A program made the position numbers and the translations under genes. From contig OZ024742.1 in assembly GCA_964016885.1 (NCBI GenBank), positions 241,428,001-241,492,000 of the forward strand: DNA of 64,000 nucleotides, given 5' to 3'. Below, in pieces: positions 1 to 14,750 of the stretch. How positions within the stretch are numbered: the stretch's first letter is position 1; the number at the start of each line of letters is the position of its first letter. Origin of the DNA: Eledone cirrhosa. Its lineage: Eukaryota. The notes under the pieces were generated by a model. That model saw nothing but the letters and a program-made list of their open reading frames with translations. It was not told the DNA's origin and searched no databases.

Positions 1-3000
1 CAAGCCACCAACAGAAATGAAACTCCAACCCACCAACAGAAATGGAAAACCAAGCCACTAACAGAAATGGAACTCCAAGTAACCAACAGAAATGGAACTC
101 CAAGCCACTAACAGAAATGGAACTCCAAGCCACCAACAGAAATGGAACTCCAAACCACCAACAGAAATGTAACTCCAAGCCACCAACAGAAATGGAATTC
201 CAAGCCATTAACAGAAATGGAACTCCAAGCCACCAACAGAAATGGAACTCCAAGCCACCAACAGAAATGGAACTCCAAGCCACCAACAGAAATGAAACTC
301 CAACCCACCAACAGAAATGGAAAACCAAGCCACTAACAGAAATGGAACTCCAAGTAACCAACAGAAATGGAACTCCAAGCCACTAACAGAAATGGAACTC
401 CAAGCCACCAACAGAAATGGAACTCCAAACCACCAACAGAAATGTAACTCCAAGCCACTAACAGAAATGGAATTCCAAGCGACTAAAAGAAATGGAACTC
501 CAAGCCACCAACAGAAATGGAACTCCAAGCTAACAACAAAAATGGACCTCCAAGCCACCAACAGAAATGAAACTCCAAGCCACCAACAGAAATGGAACTC
601 CAAGCCACCAACAGAAATAAAACTCCAAGCCAATAACAGAAATGGAACTCTAAGCCTCCTACAGAAATGGAACTGCAAGCCACTAACATAAATGGAACTC
701 CAAGCCACTAACAGAAATGGAACTCCAAGCCACCAACAGAAATGGAACTCCAAGCCACCAACAGAAATGGAACTCCAAGCCACCAACAGAAATGGAACTC
801 CAAACCACCAACAGAAATGTAACTCCAAGCCACTAACAGAAATGGAACACCAAGCCACCAACAGAAATGGAACACCAAGCCACCAACAGAAATGGAACTC
901 CAAGCCACCAACAGAAATGGAACTCCAAACCACCAACAGAAATGTAACTCCAAGCCAATAACAGAAATGGAACTCCAAGCCACTAACAGAAATGGAACTC
1001 CAAGCGACTAAAAGAAATGGAACTCCAAGCCACCAACAGAAATGGAACACCAAGCCACTAACAGAAATGGAACTCCAAGTAACCAACAGAAATGGAAATC
1101 CAAGCCACTAACAGAAATGGAACTCCAAGCCACCAACAGAAATGGAACTCCAAGCAACCAACAGAAATGGAACTCCAAGCCACCAACAGAAATGGAACTC
1201 CAAGCCACCAACAGAAATGGAACTCCAAGCCACCAACAGAAATGGAACTCCAAGCCACCAACAGAAATGGAACTCCAAGCCACCAACAGAAATGGAACTC
1301 CAAGCCACCAACAGAAATGGAACTCCAAGCCACCAACAGAAATAAAACTCCAAGCTAACAACAAAAATGGACCTTCAAGCCACCAACAGAAATGAAACTC
1401 CCAGCCACCAACAGAAATGGAACTCCAAGCCAATAACAGAAATGGAAATCCAAGCCACCAACAGAAATGGAACACCAAACCACCAACAGAAATGGAACTC
1501 CAAGCCACCAACAGAAATGGAACTCCAAGCCACCAACAGAAATGGAACTCCAAGCCACCAACAGAAATGGAACTCCAAGCCACCAACAGAAATGGAACTC
1601 CAAGCCACCAACAGAAATAAAACTCCAAGCTAACAACAAAAATGGACCTTCAAGCCACCAACAGAAATGAAACTCCCAGCCACCAACAGAAATGGAACTC
1701 CAAGCCAATAACAGAAATGGAACTCCAAACCACCAACAGAAATGGAACACCAAGCCACCAACAGAAATGGAACTCCAAGCCACCAACAGAAATGGAACTC
1801 CAAACCACCAACAGAAATGTAACTCCAAGCCACCAACAGAAATGGAATTCCAAGCCATTAACAGAAATGGAACTCCAAGCCACCAACAGAAATGGAACTC
1901 CAAGCCACCAACAGAAATGGAATTCCAAGCCATTAACAGAAATGGAACTCCAAGCCACCAACAGAAATGGAACTCCAAGCCACCAACAGAAATGGAACTC
2001 CAAGCCACCAACAGAAATGAAACTCCAACCCACCAACAGAAATGTAACTCCAAGCCACCAACAGAAATGGAATTCCAAGCCATTAACAGAAATGGAACTC
2101 CAAGCCACCAACAGAAATGGAACTCCAAGCCACCAACAGAAATGGAACTCCAAGCCACCAACAGAAATGGAACTCCAAGCCACCAACAGAAATGGAACTC
2201 CAAGCCACCAACAGAAATGGAACTCCAAGCCACCAACAGAAATAAAACTCCAAGCTAACAACAAAAATGGACCTTCAAGCCACCAACAGAAATGAAACTC
2301 CCAGCCACCAACAGAAATGGAACTCCAAGCCAATAACAGAAATGGAACTCCAAGCCACCAACAGAAATGGAACACCAAGCCACCAACAGAAATGGAACTC
2401 CAAGCCACCAACAGAAATGGAACTCCAAACCACCAACAGAAATGTAACTCCAAGCCACCAACAGAAATGGAATTCCAAGCCATTAACAGAAATGGAACTC
2501 CAAGCCACCAACAGAAATGGAACTCCAAGCCACCAACAGAATTGGAACTCCAAGCCACCAACAGAAATGGAACTCCAAGCCACCAACAGAAATGGAACTC
2601 CAAGCCACTAACAGAAATGGAATTCCAAGCGACTAAAAGAAATGGAACTCCAAGCCACCAACAGAAATGAAACTCCAACCCACCAACAGAAATGGAAAAC
2701 CAAGCCACTAACAGAAATGGAACTCCAAGTAACCAACAGAAATGGAACTCCAAGCCACTAACAGAAATGGAACTCCAAGCCACCAACAGAAATGGAACTC
2801 CAAACCACCAACAGAAATGTAACGCCAAGCCACCAACAGAAATGGAATTCCAAGCCATTAACAGAAATGGAACTCCAAGCCACCAACAGAAATGGAACTC
2901 CAAGCCACCAACAGAAATGGAACTCCAAGCCACCAACAGAAATGAAACTCCAACCCACCAACAGAAATGGAAAACCAAGCCACTAACAGAAATGGAACTC

Positions 3001-4775
3001 CAAGTAACCAACAGAAATGGAACTCCAAGCCACTAACAGAAATGGAACTCCAAGCCACCAACAGAAATGGAACTCCAAACCACCAACAGAAATGTAACTC
3101 CAAGCCACTAACAGAAATGGAATTCCAAGCGACTAAAAGAAATGGAACTCCAAGCCACCAACAGAAATGGAACTCCAAGCTAACAACAAAAATGGACCTC
3201 CAAGCCACCAACAGAAATGAAACTCCAAGCCACCAACAGAAATGGAACTCCAAGCCACCAACAGAAATAAAACTCCAAGCCAATAACAGAAATGGAACTC
3301 TAAGCCTCCTACAGAAATGGAACTGCAAGCCACTAACATAAATGGAACTCCAAGCCACTAACAGAAATGGAACTCCAAGCCACCAACAGAAATGGAACTC
3401 CAAGCCACCAACAGAAATGGAACTCCAAGCCACCAACAGAAATGGAACTCCAAACCACCAACAGAAATGTAACTCCAAGCCACTAACAGAAATGGAACAC
3501 CAAGCCACCAACAGAAATGGAACACCAAGCCACCAACAGAAATGGAACTCCAAGCCACCAACAGAAATGGAACTCCAAACCAACAACAGAAATGTAACTC
3601 CAAGCCAATAACAGAAATGGAACTCCAAGCCACTAACAGAAATGGAACTCCAAGCGACTAAAAGAAATGGAACTCCAAGCCACCAACAGAAATGGAACAC
3701 CAAGCCACTAACAGAAATGGAACTCCAAGTAACCAACAGAAATGGAAATCCAAGCCACTAACAGAAATGGAACTCCAAGCCACCAACAGAAATGGAACTC
3801 CAAGCAACCAACAGAATTGGAACTCCAAGCCACCAACAGAAATGGAACTCCAAGCCACCAACAGAAATGGAACTCCAAACCACCAACAGAAATGGAACTC
3901 CAAGCCACCAACAGAAATGGAACTCCAAGCCATCAACAGAAATGGAACTCCAAGCCACCAACAGAAATGGAACTCCAAGCCACCAACAGAAATAAAACTC
4001 CAAGCTAACAACAAAAATGGACCTTCAAGCCACCAACAGAAATGAAACTCCCAGCCACCAACAGAAATGGAACTCCAAGCCAATAACAGAAATGGAACTC
4101 CAAGCCACCAACAGAAATGGAACACCAAGCCACCAACAGAAATGGAACTCCAAGCCACCAACAGAAATGGAACTCCAAACCACCAACAGAAATGTAACTC
4201 CAAGCCACCAACAGAAATGGAATTCCAAGCCATTAACAGAAATGGAACTCCAAGCCACCAACAGAAATGGAACTCCAAGCCACCAACAGAAATGGAACTC
4301 CAAGCCACCAACAGAAATGGAACTCCAAGCCACCAACAGAAATGGAACTCCAAGCCACTAACAGAAATGGAATTCCAAGCGACTAAAAGAAATGGAACTC
4401 CAAGCCACCAACAGAAATGAAACTCCAACCCACCAACAGAAATGGAAAACCAAGCCACTAACAGAAATGGAACTCCAAGTAACCAACAGAAATGGAACTC
4501 CAAGCCACTAACAGAAATGGAACTCCAAGCCACCAACAGAAATGGAACTCCAAACCACCAACAGAAATGTAACTCCAAGCCACCAACAGAAATGGAATTC
4601 CAAGCCATTAACAGAAATGGAACTCCAAGCCACCAACAGAAATGGAACTCCAAGCCACCAACAGAAATGGAACTCCAAGCCACCAACAGAAATGAAACTC
4701 CAACCCACCAACAGAAATGGAAAACCAAGCCACTAACAGAAATGGAACTCCAAGTAACCAACAGAAATGGAACTC

Positions 4776-5025
4776 CAAGCCACTAACAGAAATGGAACTC
4801 CAAGCCACCAACAGAAATGGAACTCCAAACCACCAACAGAAATGTAACTCCAAGCCACCAACAGAAATGGAACTCCAAGCCACCAACAGAAATAAAACTC
4901 CAAGCCACTAACAGAAATGGAACTCCAAGCCACCAACAGAAATGGAACTCCAAACCACCAACAGAAATGTAACTCCAAGCCACCAACAGAAATGGAACTC
5001 CAAGCCACCAACAGAAATAAAACTC
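4776..5025 (+). repeat. Local 125-bp (5-monomer) tandem duplication
   Basis: The monomer series CACTA / consensus / CAAACC..TGT / consensus / AATAAA occurs at 4776 and again at 4901. This arrangement was seen only here. Confidence 0.85.
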
Positions 5026-7250
5026 CAAGCCACTAACAGAAATGGAATTCCAAGCGACTAAAAGAAATGGAACTCCAAGCCACCAACAGAAATGGAACTC
5101 CAAGCTAACAACAAAAATGGACCTCCAAGCCACCAACAGAAATGAAACTCCAAGCCACCAACAGAAATGGAACTCCAAGCCACCAACAGAAATAAAACTC
5201 CAAGCCAATAACAGAAATGGAACTCTAAGCCTCCTACAGAAATGGAACTGCAAGCCACTAACATAAATGGAACTCCAAGCCACTAACAGAAATGGAACTC
5301 CAAGCCACCAACAGAAATGGAACTCCAAGCCACCAACAGAAATGGAACTCCAAGCCACCAACAGAAATGGAACTCCAAACCACCAACAGAAATGTAACTC
5401 CAAGCCACTAACAGAAATGGAACACCAAGCCACCAACAGAAATGGAACACCAAGCCACCAACAGAAATGGAACTCCAAGCCACCAACAGAAATGGAACTC
5501 CAAACCACCAACAGAAATGTAACTCCAAGCCAATAACAGAAATGGAACTCCAAGCCACTAACAGAAATGGAACTCCAAGCGACTAAAAGAAATGGAACTC
5601 CAAGCCACCAACAGAAATGGAACACCAAGCCACTAACAGAAATGGAACTCCAAGTAACCAACAGAAATGGAAATCCAAGCCACCAACAGAAATGGAACTC
5701 CAAGCCACCAACAGAAATGGAACTCCAAGCCACCAACAGAAATGGAACTCCAAACCACCAACAGAAATGTAACTCCAAGCCACCAACAGAAATGGAATTC
5801 CAAGCCATTAACAGAAATGGAACTCCAAGCCACCAACAGAAATGGAACTCCAAGCCACCAACAGAAATGGAATTCCAAGCCATTAACAGAAATGGAACTC
5901 CAAGCCACCAACAGAAATGGAACTCCAAGCCACCAACAGAAATGGAACTCCAAGCCACCAACAGAAATGAAACTCCAACCCACCAACAGAAATGTAACTC
6001 CAAGCCACCAACAGAAATGGAATTCCAAGCCATTAACAGAAATGGAACTCCAAGCCACCAACAGAAATGGAACTCCAAGCCACCAACAGAAATGGAACTC
6101 CAAGCCACCAACAGAAATGGAACTCCAAGCCACCAACAGAAATGGAACTCCAAGCCACCAACAGAAATGGAACTCCAAGCCACCAACAGAAATAAAACTC
6201 CAAGCTAACAACAAAAATGGACCTTCAAGCCACCAACAGAAATGAAACTCCCAGCCACCAACAGAAATGGAACTCCAAGCCAATAACAGAAATGGAACTC
6301 CAAGCCACCAACAGAAATGGAACACCAAGCCACCAACAGAAATGGAACTCCAAGCCACCAACAGAAATGGAACTCCAAACCACCAACAGAAATGTAACTC
6401 CAAGCCACCAACAGAAATGGAATTCCAAGCCATTAACAGAAATGGAACTCCAAGCCACCAACAGAAATGGAACTCCAAGCCACCAACAGAAATGGAACTC
6501 CAAGCCACCAACAGAAATGGAACTCCAAGCCACCAACAGAAATGGAACTCCAAGCCACTAACAGAAATGGAATTCCAAGCGACTAAAAGAAATGGAACTC
6601 CAAGCCACCAACAGAAATGAAACTCCAACCCACCAACAGAAATGGAAAACCAAGCCACTAACAGAAATGGAACTCCAAGTAACCAACAGAAATGGAACTC
6701 CAAGCCACTAACAGAAATGGAACTCCAAGCCACCAACAGAAATGGAACTCCAAACCACCAACAGAAATGTAACTCCAAGCCACCAACAGAAATGGAATTC
6801 CAAGCCATTAACAGAAATGGAACTCCAAGCCACCAACAGAAATGGAACTCCAAGCCACCAACAGAAATGGAACTCCAAGCCACCAACAGAAATGAAACTC
6901 CAACCCACCAACAGAAATGGAAAACCAAGCCACTAACAGAAATGGAACTCCAAGTAACCAACATAAATGGAACTCCAAGCCACTAACAGAAATGGAACTC
7001 CAAGCCACCAACAGAAATGGAACTCCAAACCACCAACAGAAATGTAACTCCAAGCCACTAACAGAAATGGAATTCCAAGCGACTAAAAGAAATGGAACTC
7101 CAAGCCACCAACAGAAATGGAACTCCAAGCAAACAACAAAAATGGACCTCCAAGCCACCAACAGAAATGAAACTCCAAGCCACCAACAGAAATGGAACTC
7201 CAAGCCACCAACAGAAATAAAACTCCAAGCCAATAACAGAAATGGAACTC

Positions 7251-9000
7251 TAAGCCTCCTACAGAAATGGAACTGCAAGCCACTAACATAAATGGAACTC
7301 CAAGCCACTAACAGAAATGGAACTCCAAGCCACCAACAGAAATGGAACTCCAAGCCACCAACAGAAATGGAACTCCAAGCCACCAACAGAAATGGAACTC
7401 CAAACCACCAACAGAAATGTAACTCCAAGCCACTAACAGAAATGGAACACCAAGCCACCAACAGAAATGGAACACCAAGCCACCAACAGAAATGGAACTC
7501 CAAGCCACCAACAGAAATGGAACTCCAAACCAACAACAGAAATGTAACTCCAAGCCAATAACAGAAATGGAACTCCAAGCCACTAACAGAAATGGAACTC
7601 CAAGCGACTAAAAGAAATGGAACTCCAAGCCACCAACAGAAATGGAACACCAAGCCACTAACAGAAATGGAACTCCAAGTAACCAACAGAAATGGAAATC
7701 CAAGCCACTAACAGAAATGGAACTCCAAGCCACCAACAGAAATGGAACTCCAAGCAACCAACAGAATTGGAACTCCAAGCCACCAACAGAAATGGAACTC
7801 CAAGCCACCAACAGAAATGGAACTCCAAACCACCAACAGAAATGGAACTCCAAGCCACCAACAGAAATGGAACTCCAAGCCATCAACAGAAATGGAACTC
7901 CAAGCCACCAACAGAAATGGAACTCCAAGCCACCAACAGAAATAAAACTCCAAGCTAACAACAAAAATGGACCTTCAAGCCACCAACAGAAATGAAACTC
8001 CCAGCCACCAACAGAAATGGAACTCCAAGCCAATAACAGAAATGGAACTCCAAGCCACCAACAGAAATGGAACACCAAGCCACCAACAGAAATGGAACTC
8101 CAAGCCACCAACAGAAATGGAACTCCAAACCACCAACAGAAATGTAACTCCAAGCCACCAACAGAAATGGAATTCCAAGCCATTAACAGAAATGGAACTC
8201 CAAGCCACCAACAGAAATGGAACTCCAAGCCACCAACAGAAATGGAACTCCAAGCCACCAACAGAAATGGAACTCCAAGCCACCAACAGAAATGGAACTC
8301 CAAGCCACTAACAGAAATGGAATTCCAAGCGACTAAAAGAAATGGAACTCCAAGCCACCAACAGAAATGAAACTCCAACCCACCAACAGAAATGGAAAAC
8401 CAAGCCACTAACAGAAATGGAACTCCAAGTAACCAACAGAAATGGAACTCCAAGCCACTAACAGAAATGGAACTCCAAGCCACCAACAGAAATGGAACTC
8501 CAAACCACCAACAGAAATGTAACTCCAAGCCACCAACAGAAATGGAATTCCAAGCCATTAACAGAAATGGAACTCCAAGCCACCAACAGAAATGGAACTC
8601 CAAGCCACCAACAGAAATGGAACTCCAAGCCACCAACAGAAATGAAACTCCAACCCACCAACAGAAATGGAAAACCAAGCCACTAACAGAAATGGAACTC
8701 CAAGTAACCAACAGAAATGGAACTCCAAGCCACTAACAGAAATGGAACTCCAAGCCACCAACAGAAATGGAACTCCAAACCACCAACAGAAATGTAACTC
8801 CAAGCCACTAACAGAAATGGAATTCCAAGCGACTAAAAGAAATGGAACTCCAAGCCACCAACAGAAATGGAACTCCAAGCTAACAACAAAAATGGACCTC
8901 CAAGCCACCAACAGAAATGAAACTCCAAGCCACCAACAGAAATGGAACTCCAAGCCACCAACAGAAATAAAACTCCAAGCCAATAACAGAAATGGAACTC
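7251..9000 (+). repeat. Representative 70-mer (1,750 bp) HOR unit, subfamily B; further copies at 11976, 26251, 36726, 46876 and 61551
   Basis: Six landmark intervals are exactly 1,750 bp. All six carry the linked B variants CAAGCAACCAACAGAATTGG, CAAACC and CATCAA (AATCAA in the 11976 copy), with a single ...GCTAACAACAAAAATGGACCTT module. Confidence 0.9.
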
Positions 9001-9375
9001 TAAGCCTCCTACAGAAATGGAACTGCAAGCCACTAACATAAATGGAACCCCAAGCCACTAACAGAAATGGAACTCCAAGCCACCAACAGAAATGGAACTC
9101 CAAGCCACCAACAGAAATGGAACTCCAAGCCACCAACAGAAATGGAACTCCAAACCACCAACAGAAATGTAACTCCAAGCCAATAACAGAAATGGAACTC
9201 CAAGCCACTAACAGAAATGGAACTCCAAGCGACTAAAAGAAATGGAACTCCAAGCCACCAACAGAAATGGAACACCAAGCCACTAACAGAAATGGAACTC
9301 CAAGTAACCAACAGAAATGGAAATCCAAGCCACCAACAGAAATGGAACTCCAAGCCACCAACAGAAATGGAACTC

Positions 9376-12300
9376 CAAGCCACTAACAGAAATGGAACTC
9401 CAAGCCACCAAAAGAAATGGAACGCCAAGCCACCAACAGAAATGGAACTCCAAGCCACCAACAGAAATGGAACTCCAAGCCACTAAAAGAAATGGAACTC
9501 CATGTTACCAACAGAAATGGAACTCCAAGCCACCAACAGAAATGGAACTCCAAGCCACCAACAGAAATGGAACTCCAAGCCACCAACAGAAATGGAACTC
9601 CAAGCTAACAACAAAAATGGAACTCCAAGCCACTAACAGAAATGGAACTTGAAGCCATTAACAGAAATGAAACTCCAAGCGACCAACAGAAATGGAAGTC
9701 CAAGCCAATAACAGAAATGGAACGCCAAGCCACCAACAGAAATGGAACTCCAAGCCACTAACAGAAATGGAATTCCAAGCGACTAAAAGAAATGGAACTC
9801 CAAGCCACCAACAGAAATGAAACTCCAACCCACCAACAGAAATGGAAAACCAAGCCACTAACAGAAATGGAACTCCAAGTAACCAACAGAAATGGAACTC
9901 CAAGCCACTAACAGAAATGGAACTCCAAGCCACCAACAGAAATGGAACTCCAAACCACCAACAGAAATGTAACTCCAAGCCACCAACAGAAATGGAATTC
10001 CAAGCCATTAACAGAAATGGAACTCCAAGCCACCAACAGAAATGGAACTCCAAGCCACCAACAGAAATGGAACTCCAAGCCACCAACAGAAATGAAACTC
10101 CAACCCACCAACAGAAATGGAAAACCAAGCCACTAACAGAAATGGAACTCCAAGTAACCAACATAAATGGAACTCCAAGCCACTAACAGAAATGGAACTC
10201 CAAGCCACCAACAGAAATGGAACTCCAAACCACCAACAGAAATGTAACTCCAAGCCACTAACAGAAATGGAATTCCAAGCGACTAAAAGAAATGGAACTC
10301 CAAGCCACCAACAGAAATGGAACTCCAAGCTAACAACAAAAATGGACCTCCAAGCCACCAACAGAAATGAAACTCCAAGCCACCAACAGAAATGGAACTC
10401 CAAGCCACCAACAGAAATAAAACTCCAAGCCAATAACAGAAATGGAACTCTAAGCCTCCTACAGAAATGGAACTGCAAGCCACTAACATAAATGGAACTC
10501 CAAGCCACTAACAGAAATGGAACTCCAAGCCACCAACAGAAATGGAACTCCAAGCCACCAACAGAAATGGAACTCCAAGCCACCAACAGAAATGGAACTC
10601 CAAACCACCAACAGAAATGTAACTCCAAGCCACTAACAGAAATGGAACACCAAGCCACCAACAGAAATGGAACACCAAGCCACCAACAGAAATGGAACTC
10701 CAAGCCACCAACAGAAATGGAACTCCAAACCAACAACAGAAATGTAACTCCAAGCCAATAACAGAAATGGAACTCCAAGCCACTAACAGAAATGGAACTC
10801 CAAGCGACTAAAAGAAATGGAACTCCAAGCCACCAACAGAAATGGAACACCAAGCCACTAACAGAAATGGAACTCCAAGTAACCAACAGAAATGGAAATC
10901 CAAGCCACTAACAGAAATGGAACTCCAAGCCACCAAAAGAAATGGAACGCCAAGCCACCAACAGAAATGGAACTCCAAGCCACCAACAGAAATGGAACTC
11001 CAAGCCACTAAAAGAAATGGAACTCCATGTTACCAACAGAAATGGAACTCCAAGCCACCAACAGAAATGGAACTCCAAGCCACCAACAGAAATGGAACTC
11101 CAAGCCACCAACAGAAATGGAACTCCAAGCTAACAACAAAAATGGAACTCCAAGCCACTAACAGAAATGGAACTTGAAGCCATTAACAGAAATGAAACTC
11201 CAAGCGACCAACAGAAATGGAAGTCCAAGCCAATAACAGAAATGGAACTCCAAGCCACCAACAGAAATGGAACTCCAAGCCACTAACAGAAATGGAATTC
11301 CAAGCGACTAAAAGAAATGGAACTCCAAGCCACCAACAGAAATGAAACTCCAACCCACCAACAGAAATGGAAAACCAAGCCACTAACAGAAATGGAACTC
11401 CAAGTAACCAACAGAAATGGAACTCCAAGCCACTAACAGAAATGGAACTCCAAGCCACCAACAGAAATGGAACTCCAAACCACCAACAGAAATGTAACTC
11501 CAAGCCACCAACAGAAATGGAATTCCAAGCCATTAACAGAAATGGAACTCCAAGCCACCAACAGAAATGGAACTCCAAGCCACCAACAGAAATGGAACTC
11601 CAAGCCACCAACAGAAATGAAACTCCAACCCACCAACAGAAATGGAAAACCAAGCCACTAACAGAAATGGAACTCCAAGTAACCAACATAAATGGAACTC
11701 CAAGCCACTAACAGAAATGGAACTCCAAGCCACCAACAGAAATGGAACTCCAAACCACCAACAGAAATGTAACTCCAAGCCACTAACAGAAATGGAATTC
11801 CAAGCGACTAAAAGAAATGGAACTCCAAGCCACCAACAGAAATGGAACTCCAAGCTAACAACAAAAATGGACCTCCAAGCCACCAACAGAAATGAAACTC
11901 CAAGCCACCAACAGAAATGGAACTCCAAGCCACCAACAGAAATAAAACTCCAAGCCAATAACAGAAATGGAACTCTAAGCCTCCTACAGAAATGGAACTG
12001 CAAGCCACTAACATAAATGGAACTCCAAGCCACTAACAGAAATGGAACTCCAAGCCACCAACAGAAATGGAACTCCAAGCCACCAACAGAAATGGAACTC
12101 CAAGCCACCAACAGAAATGGAACTCCAAACCACCAACAGAAATGTAACTCCAAGCCACTAACAGAAATGGAACACCAAGCCACCAACAGAAATGGAACAC
12201 CAAGCCACCAACAGAAATGGAACTCCAAGCCACCAACAGAAATGGAACTCCAAACCAACAACAGAAATGTAACTCCAAGCCAATAACAGAAATGGAACTC

Positions 12301-12450
12301 CAAGCCACTAACAGAAATGGAACTCCAAGCGACTAAAAGAAATGGAACTCCAAGCCACCAACAGAAATGGAACACCAAGCCACTAACAGAAATGGAACTC
12401 CAAGTAACCAACAGAAATGGAAATCCAAGCCACTAACAGAAATGGAACTC
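9376..12450 (+). repeat. Tandem 1,525-bp (61-monomer) duplication
   Basis: The rare monomer CATGTTACCA is at 9501 and 11026, and AAAGAAATGGAACGC at 9401 and 10926. ORF-track pairs 9842/11367, 10117/11642 and 10492/12017 have the same offset. Confidence 0.85.
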
Positions 12451-14750
12451 CAAGCCACCAACAGAAATGGAACTCCAAGCAACCAACAGAATTGGAACTC
12501 CAAGCCACCAACAGAAATGGAACTCCAAGCCACCAACAGAAATGGAACTCCAAACCACCAACAGAAATGGAACTCCAAGCCACCAACAGAAATGGAACTC
12601 CAAGCAATCAACAGAAATGGAACTCCAAGCCACCAACAGAAATGGAACTCCAAGCCACCAACAGAAATAAAACTCCAAGCTAACAACAAAAATGGACCTT
12701 CAAGCCACCAACAGAAATGAAACTCCCAGCCACCAACAGAAATGGAACTCCAAGCCAATAACAGAAATGGAACTCCAAGCCACCAACAGAAATGGAACAC
12801 CAAGCCACCAACAGAAATGGAACTCCAAGCCACCAACAGAAATGGAACTCCAAACCACCAACAGAAATGTAACTCCAAGCCACCAACAGAAATGGAATTC
12901 CAAGCCATTAACAGAAATGGAACTCCAAGCCACCAACAGAAATGGAACTCCAAGCCACCAACAGAAATGGAACTCCAAGCCACCAACAGAAATGGAACTC
13001 CAAGCCACCAACAGAAATGGAACTCCAAGCCACTAACAGAAATGGAATTCCAAGCGACTAAAAGAAATGGAACTCCAAGCCACCAACAGAAATGAAACTC
13101 CAACCCACCAACAGAAATGGAAAACCAAGCCACTAACAGAAATGGAACTCCAAGTAACCAACAGAAATGGAACTCCAAGCCACTAACAGAAATGGAACTC
13201 CAAGCCACCAACAGAAATGGAACTCCAAACCACCAACAGAAATGTAACTCCAAGCCACCAACAGAAATGGAATTCCAAGCCATTAACAGAAATGGAACTC
13301 CAAGCCACCAACAGAAATGGAACTCCAAGCCACCAACAGAAATGGAACTCCAAGCCACCAACAGAAATGAAACTCCAACCCACCAACAGAAATGGAAAAC
13401 CAAGCCACTAACAGAAATGGAACTCCAAGTAACCAACAGAAATGGAACTCCAAGCCACTAACAGAAATGGAACTCCAAGCCACCAACAGAAATGGAACTC
13501 CAAACCACCAACAGAAATGTAACTCCAAGCCACTAACAGAAATGGAATTCCAAGCGACTAAAAGAAATGGAACTCCAAGCCACCAACAGAAATGGAACTC
13601 CAAGCTAACAACAAAAATGGACCTCCAAGCCACCAACAGAAATGAAACTCCAAGCCACCAACAGAAATGGAACTCCAAGCCACCAACAGAAATAAAACTC
13701 CAAGCCAATAACAGAAATGGAACTCTAAGCCTCCTACAGAAATGGAACTGCAAGCCACTAACATAAATGGAACCCCAAGCCACTAACAGAAATGGAACTC
13801 CAAGCCACCAACAGAAATGGAACTCCAAGCCACCAACAGAAATGGAACTCCAAGCCACCAACAGAAATGGAACTCCAAACCACCAACAGAAATGTAACTC
13901 CAAGCCAATAACAGAAATGGAACTCCAAGCCACTAACAGAAATGGAACTCCAAGCGACTAAAAGAAATGGAACTCCAAGCCACCAACAGAAATGGAACAC
14001 CAAGCCACTAACAGAAATGGAACTCCAAGTAACCAACAGAAATGGAAATCCAAGCCACCAACAGAAATGGAACTCCAAGCCACCAACAGAAATGGAACTC
14101 CAAGCCACTAACAGAAATGGAACTCCAAGCCACCAAAAGAAATGGAACGCCAAGCCACCAACAGAAATGGAACTCCAAGCCACCAACAGAAATGGAACTC
14201 CAAGCCACTAAAAGAAATGGAACTCCATGTTACCAACAGAAATGGAACTCCAAGCCACCAACAGAAATGGAACTCCAAGCCACCAACAGAAATGGAACTC
14301 CAAGCCACCAACAGAAATGGAACTCCAAGCTAACAACAAAAATGGAACTCCAAGCCACTAACAGAAATGGAACTTGAAGCCATTAACAGAAATGAAACTC
14401 CAAGCGACCAACAGAAATGGAAGTCCAAGCCAATAACAGAAATGGAACTCCAAGCCACCAACAGAAATGGAACTCCAAGCCACTAACATAAATGGAACAC
14501 CAAGCCACCAACAGAAATGGAACTCCAAGCCACTAACAGAAATGGAACTTGAAGCCACTAACAGAAATGGAAATCCAAGCCACCAACAGAAATGGAACTC
14601 CAAGCCACCAACAGAAATGGAACTCCAAGATAACAACAGAAATGGACCTCCAAGCCACCAACAGAAATGAAACTCCAAGCCACCAACAGAAATGGAACTC
14701 CAAGCCACCAACAGAAATAAAACTCCAAGCCAATAACAGAAATGGAACTC

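Noticed and set aside
616-621. AATAAA polyadenylation-like signals in recurrent variant monomers
   Set aside because: They arise from a GG>AA change in the AATGGA core and have no gene context or evidence of transcription.
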